Source: Candidatus Micrarchaeia archaeon
GTDB lineage: Archaea > Micrarchaeota > Micrarchaeia > Burarchaeales > JAVZCV01
Length of the DNA: 24,085 bases
Reading direction: 5' to 3'
Assembly (NCBI GenBank): GCA_038874215.1
Contig: JAVZCV010000019.1
Span: 1-24,085, forward strand
Part shown: in pieces, positions 9,011 to 16,802 of the stretch
Layout: each line of letters opens with the position of its first letter
Position numbering within the stretch: position 1 is the first letter of the stretch
Position numbers and translations under genes: made by a program
The notes under the pieces: generated by a model
What the model saw: the letters and a program-made list of their open reading frames with translations, nothing else
Told to the model about the DNA's origin: nothing
Database searches by the model: none

Positions 9011-9694
9011 TTGGTTTTGCTCTCAGTGGTTATTCCAACTTTAAATGAAGAGAAGTATATAGAAGGTTGCCTAAGCGCGTTGCAGAATTCGCGGAACAAG
9101 GATTATGAGATAGTTATTGTTGATGGGCACAGCGAAGACAATACGGTGAGGATATGTGAGAGATACACAGACAAGATAATTTTTGATGAAAGGGAGGGTA
9201 TAGGGCCTGCAAGAAATAAAGGTGCAAAAAGCGCTTCGGGAAAATTCGTGGGGTTTCTTGACGCCGACTCTGTGCCATGTGCAGGCTGGATTGATATTGT
9301 GATTGATAGTTTTGAAAAGCCGATAGTCGCTGTTGGAGGGCCGACATACTATGGAATGCTCATGGAGGACATCATGTCGTGGTCTGTATTCACGGTATCA
9401 AGCATTACAAAACGATTTGGGTTTTATTATCTCTCTGGGAACAATTCGGCGTATTTGAGGGATTTCTTCATCCAGCAGGGGGGGTTTAAACCAATCGTAT
9501 GCGAGGATGTGGAGTTCTCAAAAAGGATAAGCGGATTTTGGCGCAGCATAGCATTCAGGCATGATATGTTTGTAAGGCTTTCTACTAGGAGATTTAAAAA
9601 AGAGGGTTTTTTGAGAACGCTTATAAAATGGGGCAAAGCAAACACGATGATTTTTTTAGGAAGAGGGATTGATGGAAAAGGATACAGAAAGTAG
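9011..9694 (+). CDS. GT2 family glycosyltransferase (paralog of upstream GT2)
   Basis: LSVVIPTLNEE, DGHSEDNT, GPARNKGA, FLDADS, CEDVE, STRRF. Confidence 0.93.
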   Translation: MVLLSVVIPTLNEEKYIEGCLSALQNSRNKDYEIVIVDGHSEDNTVRICERYTDKIIFDEREGIGPARNKGAKSASGKFVGFLDADSVPCAGWIDIVIDSFEKPIVAVGGPTYYGMLMEDIMSWSVFTVSSITKRFGFYYLSGNNSAYLRDFFIQQGGFKPIVCEDVEFSKRISGFWRSIAFRHDMFVRLSTRRFKKEGFLRTLIKWGKANTMIFLGRGIDGKGYRK

Positions 9695-9713
9695 AATGCA
9701 AAAAGAGCAATCG

Positions 9714-10964
9714 TCAGTCTAAGCTTACCTCTATTTTTTCTCCAAGAGTAGGAGCATAGGCGTCGTAGCCCATTCCTCGGAGTTCTTCGGCAAACTCTGG
9801 ACAGTGGTCTCCATGGATGCAGAATATTTTTTCAGCGTTCGCTTCTTTCACAAACCGTAGCAGGTCTTCTCTTCCTGCATGCGCAGACAGGTCATAGTAT
9901 AGCACGGGTAGTTTCGGTTCGTATATGATGCCATCTATTACAACTTTTCCCGTGTTTAGAAGCTGCCATCCGTTCGTTTTCTCAACCTGAAAGCCAGTGA
10001 GGAATATCTTTGAGTTTTTGTTGAGCATGGGGAGATAGCGCAGTACTGGCCCGCCTTCTAGCATGCCCGCAGTGGTTATAACAACACTGGGACTTTTGGA
10101 TATCTTCATCCTCTGCCTATCGTTTTTTACCCAAACGGCTTTGTTTAGTGCGTTTAGAAGGGAGGCATGGTCTTTGACATAGCTGGGGTATTCTACTATG
10201 ATTTCTGACGCAGCCTTCGCCATACCATCAAGGAAAATGGGGTAGTCTGTTTCTGCAAGAATTTGCACGAGTTCCTGTGCCCTTCCCACCGCAAAAGAAG
10301 GGAATAGAGCACAGCCACCGTTTTCAATAGTATCTGCCACTTCTTCCTTAATCTGTTTCTCAAGTTCTTTACGATCTGGGTGTTCTCTATTGCAATATGT
10401 GGATTCAATTATCAGAAGAGTGACATCGCGGACTGTTTTCGCAGGCTTGTGGAGCCTCGTCTCAGAAAGTTTGAAGTCGCCCGTATAAACTATCTTCTTT
10501 TCATTCGCAATTATTTCAACTATTGAGCTTCCTGGGATATGGCCTGCATCCCTGAACGCGAGCTTGGTGTTCTTGTCAATTCTGTAATGCGCATCGTATG
10601 GTATTAGAACGCTGTATTTCCATGCTTTTTTCATTGAGACTTTTGAAAAAACCTCCTCGCCCTTCATAATCTGTATATTTCTTGAATCCTCTATAAGCAA
10701 CTCGGCAATCGCGCGGGTAGGGAATGACATTATAGCACGTGGCTGTGCCATTTCATATAAGTGCGGCAGATAGCCGCAATGGTCAAGATGTGCGTGCGAT
10801 ACGATGGCGTAGTCAACAAACCCGTGGAGCGGTAGAGGATATTGTGTGGTTTCTGGGTGGATTTTTATTCCATAATCAAGCAAAATCCTTTTACCTATCT
10901 CAAGGAGCACTGCTGACCTTCCAACTTCTCTCGCACCGCCCAAAAAAAACAAATCTGCTTTCAT
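9714..10964 (-). CDS. Metallo-beta-lactamase/beta-CASP ribonuclease without KH domains (aCPSF1b/aCPSF2-like)
   Basis: GGAREVGRS, LDYG, SHAHLDH, AGHIPGS, YTGD, ESTY, FAVGRAQE, LSAHAG, IHGD motifs; 416 aa. Confidence 0.92.
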   Translation of the reverse strand: MKADLFFLGGAREVGRSAVLLEIGKRILLDYGIKIHPETTQYPLPLHGFVDYAIVSHAHLDHCGYLPHLYEMAQPRAIMSFPTRAIAELLIEDSRNIQIMKGEEVFSKVSMKKAWKYSVLIPYDAHYRIDKNTKLAFRDAGHIPGSSIVEIIANEKKIVYTGDFKLSETRLHKPAKTVRDVTLLIIESTYCNREHPDRKELEKQIKEEVADTIENGGCALFPSFAVGRAQELVQILAETDYPIFLDGMAKAASEIIVEYPSYVKDHASLLNALNKAVWVKNDRQRMKISKSPSVVITTAGMLEGGPVLRYLPMLNKNSKIFLTGFQVEKTNGWQLLNTGKVVIDGIIYEPKLPVLYYDLSAHAGREDLLRFVKEANAEKIFCIHGDHCPEFAEELRGMGYDAYAPTLGEKIEVSLD

Positions 10965-11000
10965 AGAAATGTATTAAAGACTTATAGTAAAAAAGGTATC

Positions 11001-11657
11001 GTGGAGGAACTAACTTTTTTGGATTTGGTACTTCTCGGTATGGTTGACGGTAGCTCTGTTGAGGAGCTTGGCGGTAAGATAAACTCTTCCTTTTTTGACG
11101 GTGCTAATATCGCTGGTGCGATGAAGATAAGGGGTTATGTGGATATAAAGCCGTCCTACTCGGGACCAAGTAGGATAGAGATAACTGATAAGGGGAAAGA
11201 GGTAAGAAGGGTAGCCGATGAGGAAAGCGCTAAGGAACTTGACAAGCTTGACTTTGCTGTTTTGAACGCGATATCTCTGGGCAAGATAAAGCCGAATGAA
11301 ATTGAGAAGGAGGTAAATGTCAGGAGTGGGGATGTTGCTTTAAGCCTGTATCGGCTATTCAAAAAGGGCTATGTTGATTATAAGATAAAAAATGCGGAGG
11401 TTATGCTATCGCTTACGAGGAAGGGTTTTGAATTGGCGGGGCAGAAAGAGGAAAGGATGGTGCCAACCACCCAAGCAGAAGCAGCGGAAAAAGACGTGGA
11501 GTATATATTCGGGTTTAAGGAGCCAGTTAAACTAAACGCATGGAAGATGCAAAAGGAGAAGCTTGTTTATTACCTGAACCTGTGGAAAAAATACTTAATA
11601 ATTGCGCTCGTTGTAATCGCAATAATGCTGTGCGTCTACATTTCCTTCAGGAGTTGA
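11001..11657 (+). CDS. Hypothetical protein: two tandem winged-helix-like repeats and C-terminal transmembrane helix
   Basis: Internal repeat (EELTFLDLVLL...RGYVDI...ITDKGKE vs KELDKLDFAVL...KGYVDY...LTRKGFE), hydrophobic tail YLIIALVVIAIMLCVYISF. Confidence 0.75.
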   Translation: MEELTFLDLVLLGMVDGSSVEELGGKINSSFFDGANIAGAMKIRGYVDIKPSYSGPSRIEITDKGKEVRRVADEESAKELDKLDFAVLNAISLGKIKPNEIEKEVNVRSGDVALSLYRLFKKGYVDYKIKNAEVMLSLTRKGFELAGQKEERMVPTTQAEAAEKDVEYIFGFKEPVKLNAWKMQKEKLVYYLNLWKKYLIIALVVIAIMLCVYISFRS

Positions 11658-11661
11658 TTCT

Positions 11662-12282
11662 TTGAAGTACAAGGAACTTTGCAATATGTTGAGCGAATAC
11701 AACATAAACGTTATAGAGCAGGTAGTAACGCTTGACTTCGATGAGGCGCTGGAGTTTGCGTCTTCGAGATACCCTGTTGCGGTGAAGGGTATTTCAGAGA
11801 AGATGACGCACAAGACAGAAGTAGGGCTTGTGAAGCTTGGTATTAAAAATGAAGAGGAGCTTAAATCTGCATGGAACGAGATATACGGCAAGATGGAGGG
11901 AGCAGAACCAGAAGGAATCGCCGTGCAGAGAATGGCAAGAAAGGGTATAGAACTGATAGTTGGCGGTAGAGAGGATGTGCAGTTTGGGCCTGTTGTTATG
12001 TTTGGGCTCGGCGGGATTTTTGTTGAGATATTTAGAGATTTCTCGCTTCGGGTCTGTCCTATATCAGAGAGAGACGCTGATGAGATGATAAAGGAGATAA
12101 GGGGTTACCCGCTTCTTCTTGGGACGAGGGGTACCGAAGGCGCAAACATACAGGAAATAAAAAAGCTTCTCCTAAACTTTTCAGACATGCTCGTTGAGAA
12201 GCGGGTAAATGAGATTGACCTGAACCCCGTTATCGCGTACAGGGATGGTTATGTTGTTGTTGATGCGAGGGTGAAGGAATGA
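11662..12282 (+). CDS. ADP-forming acetate/acyl-CoA ligase (ACD) beta subunit, ATP-grasp
   Basis: YPVAVK, THKTEVG (phospho-His motif), ELIVGGREDVQFGPVVMFGLGGIFVE, EIDLNP, VDAR. Confidence 0.92.
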   Translation: MKYKELCNMLSEYNINVIEQVVTLDFDEALEFASSRYPVAVKGISEKMTHKTEVGLVKLGIKNEEELKSAWNEIYGKMEGAEPEGIAVQRMARKGIELIVGGREDVQFGPVVMFGLGGIFVEIFRDFSLRVCPISERDADEMIKEIRGYPLLLGTRGTEGANIQEIKKLLLNFSDMLVEKRVNEIDLNPVIAYRDGYVVVDARVKE

Positions 12283-13658
12283 AAAATCTTGATTGCATAT
12301 TCAGCCCTAAAAGTGTTGCAATCATAGGCGCTTCAAGGAAGTTGAACAAGATAGGGAATGTAATAACGAAAAATTTCATAGATGGAGGATATGAGGGGGA
12401 TATATATCCTGTGAATCCGCAGGCTGATGAGATTCTCGGTTTGAAGTGCTATCCAAGCGTTCTTGATATCCCGAGAAGCGTTGATTGTGCAGTTGTTGTT
12501 ATACCAGCGCCAAGCGTCCCAAAAGTCCTTAAAGAGTGCGGGGAGAAGGGAGTAAAAGGTGCAGTCGTAATAAGCGGTGGTTTCTCGGAAATAGGGAACC
12601 ACGAACTTGAAAGGGAGCTTGTTGATGTTGCAGAGAGGTATGGGGTACATGTGATAGGACCGAACTGCATGGGTGTGCTCAACCCCCGTTCTCATGTTGA
12701 CAGCATATTCCTGCCGATGTACAAGCTCGGCAGGCCTCGGGTAGGCGAGATAGGTTTCATAAGCCAGAGTGGGGCGATAGGGGGTTGTATCGTTGACCTA
12801 TGCGCACGGGCAGGAGTTGGGATGAGTAAATTCGTATCATACGGGAATGCGTCAGTTATAGATGAAGCAGACCTTTTGGAATACCTCGCTTATGATAAGG
12901 AAACGCAGATAATAGAGGTGTATATAGAAGGTGTGAAAAGAGGAAGAAAATTCATGGACATACTTAAGGAAATCACAAAAATAAAACCAGTCGTTATACT
13001 GAAAGGCGGAGTAACGAAAAGAGGGGCGGAGGCGACCATGTCGCACACGGCTTCGCTTGCAGGAAGCGCTGAGGTTTACAGGGCTGTTTTTAAGCAGTGC
13101 AAGGCTGTTGAGGCCCATTCTCTTGAAGAACTTTTTGACTTTGCGAAAATATTTTACCAGCCAAAATGCAGGGGAAAGAGGATAGGAATAATAACAAACG
13201 GTGGGGGAACGGGCATACTCGCCGCAGACAGCATAGAGAGAAATGGCTTGGAGCTTGCTGAATTCAGTGATAAAACCAAAAATGAACTACGGCAGAAACT
13301 GCCCGAATATACCAATGTTAGAAACCCGCTTGACATAGCTGGAGATGCAGATGCTGACAGGTATCAGGCAGCGATAGAAACAGTTATTGAGGATGAGAAT
13401 ACAGACTTTTTGGTCATCATTGTGCTGTTCCAGACAGCAGCGATTGACAGCCGTATCATTGAGACGATAGTGCGCGCAAACGAGATAAGAAAAAAGCCGA
13501 TAGTGGCAATAGCAACGGGTGGGGAATATACCGAATTCCATAAGAGAATACTTGACAGCTATGGTGTGCCTACCTACTCAACTCCTTCTGCTGCGATGAG
13601 GGCGGTTGCTGAATTTGTTAATTACTCAATGTTTGTGATGAACAGTAGAAGAGGTTAA
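12279..13658 (+). CDS. ADP-forming acetate/acyl-CoA ligase (ACD) alpha subunit
   Basis: PKSVAIIGAS, YPVNP CoA-binding domain, IGPNCMG, SQSG, SHTASLAG (catalytic His), NGGG, NPLD; start overlaps the beta stop (ATGA). Confidence 0.94.
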   Translation: MKNLDCIFSPKSVAIIGASRKLNKIGNVITKNFIDGGYEGDIYPVNPQADEILGLKCYPSVLDIPRSVDCAVVVIPAPSVPKVLKECGEKGVKGAVVISGGFSEIGNHELERELVDVAERYGVHVIGPNCMGVLNPRSHVDSIFLPMYKLGRPRVGEIGFISQSGAIGGCIVDLCARAGVGMSKFVSYGNASVIDEADLLEYLAYDKETQIIEVYIEGVKRGRKFMDILKEITKIKPVVILKGGVTKRGAEATMSHTASLAGSAEVYRAVFKQCKAVEAHSLEELFDFAKIFYQPKCRGKRIGIITNGGGTGILAADSIERNGLELAEFSDKTKNELRQKLPEYTNVRNPLDIAGDADADRYQAAIETVIEDENTDFLVIIVLFQTAAIDSRIIETIVRANEIRKKPIVAIATGGEYTEFHKRILDSYGVPTYSTPSAAMRAVAEFVNYSMFVMNSRRG

Positions 13659-15604
13659 ATGCGGTACCTGTATCTGAAAATGCGAACCGCAAAAACCCAC
13701 AGCAAAGCAAGAACCAGTAGAATTATCAGTATGGCCACAATCTGCCCCACCCGTGCCTGACTTTCTTCTTCTATTATGGTTAGCGCATCGTTTTCTGCTT
13801 CGGATACCAAAATGAGGGCAGCCTCGTACTGTCCTTTGTCATATATAAGCTTTGCCATGCTCGCCTTTTTCATTACCTGTTGCGCTCTCTCTACATTTGA
13901 GATTCTGTTTATGAGCTCGGTTATTGATTGTAGTTTTGCGTTTGCAAGCTCGCCAGCAGTATCGTTGGAATCCTTCGGCACACATGCATAGGCAACGCAT
14001 TTTTTGTTAAAGTCGCAGTCGGAGTTATTGCAACACTCGTACGGCACGCATGTAAAGTTTTTCTTGTATGCGCATGTGCATGGGGCTTTTATAAGAACGC
14101 TGTTTGAAGAGAAGAATGGCGTTGAAGCGCCGCGCGCATCAACAGCACTTTGCTCGCAGCGTATCCCATCCCCAACCTTTATAGGCACCCTTAGAACGCT
14201 TGTGTTTTCTTCAACAAGCTCTTCATTGATAAACCACCGCGTTATTATTGAAATCGTGTCATTTTCAGCATCTGTAAAGTTCGCTTTTTCGCATGCTATC
14301 GTGGCGTTGCTCTCAAACTCGGATATGAAAGGTGGGTCTTGTATTTTTGGCGCATGGTTTACGTTCCATTCAACTGATAAGAAACGTCTCGCAAGGTAGA
14401 CTGAAATGCTATCGTTGTTAAGGTTGCTTACTATTAGGTCGCTTATCCCGTCTCCGTCAACATCCCCCATTCCAACTGCAGAGGGAGAAAGGATAGGGAG
14501 AGTGGTTTTTTTACCACCTGCGACAAGCATCACGCTGTTGGAAACTTCCGAAACACATGCAACATGCATCATGCCGCTTATGTTCCCTATCGCAACCCAA
14601 GAGGGTTTCTCTATGGAATAGCGAAGATTCTGCGGAAAAACAAGCATTTCATCTGAGCCGTAGCAGGCAACCGCAATCTCATTTTTTGAATCGTTGTTTA
14701 TGTCCCCAACAGCAACTGAGCGGGGGAATTTGCATGCCCCCACTTTGGTAGAACTGAGACCTTTGGATACAAAAATATCGCCTTTCGTGAGGCTTGCTAT
14801 AACAACTTCATGTTCCCCATCGTTGTCTGCATCGGCAAATGCGATTGATGAAGGATATGGGAAGGAAGCAAAATCGCGTATTCCGTCTGGTGTGATGGCA
14901 TGGAGCGCTCCTTCACCTTTTTCATTCTCGCTCGTTCCGATGAAGATAGCTGGTGTATTGTTCATTTTCCCGCATCCGAGAGCCGTTATGGATGGAAGCG
15001 AATAGGAGCGTAGGCATCTCTCATCGGGACACGCAACAAAAACGAGAGTGGAGTTTGCATAGATGATTTCGTTTTTTCCATCCCCGTCAAAATCTGTTAT
15101 GCAGGAGGAATGGGGCATCACTGCTGGTATCTTCTTTGAGATAAAGTTGTTGTTTTCATAGGAGAAGATTTCTACATAATCTTTGGACAAAACAACTATC
15201 TCGTCGGCTCCACCTTTGTAGAGATCCCCAACCGAGATTGATAGAGGGAATCGCCCCGTCTTCACTGTTAAGGGTGCAGTGAGGCCCGTGCCGTTCTCAT
15301 CGTTAATAAAAATGTAGGCGACATTGTGGCTTTCATCTTCTTCGTGCGCCGTGTATATGCAATCAATAGGATTTTTTTCAGAGAGCTCTGTTGAGCATAT
15401 GGGCGTGCATGCCTCAAAATCGGGTTGTTTGCATATTCGTGCGCTAACACGCTCTGAATCTGGGTCATGCCAATAAATCTTGAATGTTATTTCTTCACCG
15501 ACATTCACATATTTTTCCATATCTACGCCCGTGATTAAAGGTAAGTAATTCGCCGATACGAAATATGAAAGTATGATGAGCATGGATAAGGTTTTACTCT
15601 TCAT
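13655..15604 (-). CDS. Secreted FG-GAP/VCBS-repeat surface protein with Ig-like domains, Cys-rich module, helical stalk and C-terminal TM anchor
   Basis: Signal peptide MKSKTLSMLIILSYFVSA; repeats GDLYKGGADEI, DFDGDGKNEI, DADNDGEHEV, GDINNDSKNEI, GDVDGDGISDL; NHAP...FTDAEND Ig/cadherin-like signature; TM IVAILIILLVLALLWVFAV followed by basic tail. Confidence 0.85.
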   Translation of the reverse strand: MKSKTLSMLIILSYFVSANYLPLITGVDMEKYVNVGEEITFKIYWHDPDSERVSARICKQPDFEACTPICSTELSEKNPIDCIYTAHEEDESHNVAYIFINDENGTGLTAPLTVKTGRFPLSISVGDLYKGGADEIVVLSKDYVEIFSYENNNFISKKIPAVMPHSSCITDFDGDGKNEIIYANSTLVFVACPDERCLRSYSLPSITALGCGKMNNTPAIFIGTSENEKGEGALHAITPDGIRDFASFPYPSSIAFADADNDGEHEVVIASLTKGDIFVSKGLSSTKVGACKFPRSVAVGDINNDSKNEIAVACYGSDEMLVFPQNLRYSIEKPSWVAIGNISGMMHVACVSEVSNSVMLVAGGKKTTLPILSPSAVGMGDVDGDGISDLIVSNLNNDSISVYLARRFLSVEWNVNHAPKIQDPPFISEFESNATIACEKANFTDAENDTISIITRWFINEELVEENTSVLRVPIKVGDGIRCEQSAVDARGASTPFFSSNSVLIKAPCTCAYKKNFTCVPYECCNNSDCDFNKKCVAYACVPKDSNDTAGELANAKLQSITELINRISNVERAQQVMKKASMAKLIYDKGQYEAALILVSEAENDALTIIEEESQARVGQIVAILIILLVLALLWVFAVRIFRYRYRI

Positions 15605-16772
15605 CTACCATCCCCCCCAAAGCCTTCTCAGGGTCTGCTATTATTGATTCGATCAGCTCTTCAAAATTTTCTCGCAAAAGCGAAAATCCAGAATTTTCAA
15701 CGTATTTCTTAAGAATTTCTATGCCCCTTTCCCTTGCCGACAACCTGTTGTTCCTCATCTCCCTTATCTTTTCTATTTTTTTTGATATGTCGTGGATTTC
15801 CATATCCGCATCTATTACAACAAATGCGAGCTCATGCCACTCACTGCAATCGGGGATTTCTGAAGAGCTATAGCCCTCAGCAAAAGTTCCTTTTAGGTGT
15901 ATTCGTACTATCGGCTTCATGCCACTGCGTGGCATCCTTCTGAGCAATTCGTCGCATGCATACTTTATGCTTTCGGGGGTTGCATTTTCAAGTTTTATCT
16001 CCTCGTATATGAAAGGCCTCGTCATAATCTGGATGAACTCCTTCTTTCCCGTTTTTGTGTCTATTACGAAAAAACCTTTTTCTCTCATTTCCTCTTTCCT
16101 AAACTGCGTAACAATGGTGCTGCCTGGCACAAGAATCTTTTTATTTCCGAGAAAGTGGACTCCTGCCTTATGAAGATGCCCGAAGACGTAAAGGTCAAAG
16201 CCTGCTGGCAGCGAATCAACGCTCATAGCAGTTTTTGAGGGTATGAATTCGCTTAAAGTCTGGTGCATAACAAGTATGTTGAATGCGTTTTCAACAGGCT
16301 GCGGTTTTAGTTTTTCAAGGGCATGGGAGGCATACTCATCCGGAACTCCACCTATCCCATATATTGCAACACGCTCGTCGCCCTCTTCCAGAACGACCTG
16401 CTTTTTATGGATATCAACTATAAAACCTGCGATTTCAAGTAGTTGCACTGGGTTTATGAAGCCGGTAGTTCTTCTCTCATGCGTCCCGTGTATGGCGATA
16501 AGAGGGAAATTTGAGCGGGAGTTCGGGATACCAGAGATTCGGATTTTTGTTGGTTTTTCTCTAACAGCAGAAAAAATTTTGAAAGCTCTCGCTATAACTT
16601 CGGGTTTAGGAACACGGCTGTCAAATATATCCCCCGCTATGATGATTGCATCCGAAAGCTCGCATGCTTTCGTGAGCGCCCTTTCCGCATGTACGAATGA
16701 ATCTTCATAGAGCTCCCTAAAAAGGGAATTCTCGTAGCCGAGATGGAAATCAGACATCACCGCAATCTTCAT
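15594..16772 (-). CDS. mre11: DNA repair nuclease Mre11/SbcD
   Basis: Phosphoesterase motifs SDFHLG, AGDIFD, IHGTHE, MHQ, FGHLH, PGS; capping domain KPIVRIHLKG; C-terminal helical region. Confidence 0.88.
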   Translation of the reverse strand: MKIAVMSDFHLGYENSLFRELYEDSFVHAERALTKACELSDAIIIAGDIFDSRVPKPEVIARAFKIFSAVREKPTKIRISGIPNSRSNFPLIAIHGTHERRTTGFINPVQLLEIAGFIVDIHKKQVVLEEGDERVAIYGIGGVPDEYASHALEKLKPQPVENAFNILVMHQTLSEFIPSKTAMSVDSLPAGFDLYVFGHLHKAGVHFLGNKKILVPGSTIVTQFRKEEMREKGFFVIDTKTGKKEFIQIMTRPFIYEEIKLENATPESIKYACDELLRRMPRSGMKPIVRIHLKGTFAEGYSSSEIPDCSEWHELAFVVIDADMEIHDISKKIEKIREMRNNRLSARERGIEILKKYVENSGFSLLRENFEELIESIIADPEKALGGMVDEE

Positions 16773-16794
16773 GAGATTAGTATGGAATTAAGAG

Positions 16795-16800
16795 TTATAA
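16795..16800 (-). promoter_or_regulatory. Putative TATA box for mre11
   Basis: TTATAA centred about 25-26 nt upstream of ATG 16772 within a 30-bp intergenic gap. Confidence 0.45.
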
Positions 16801-16802
16801 TC

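Noticed and set aside
9714..16772. beta-CASP nuclease, wHTH protein and Mre11 as a defence island
   Set aside because: Not adjacent or co-transcribed; separated by metabolic genes; no ATPase, toxin or mobility genes; both nucleases look like housekeeping families.
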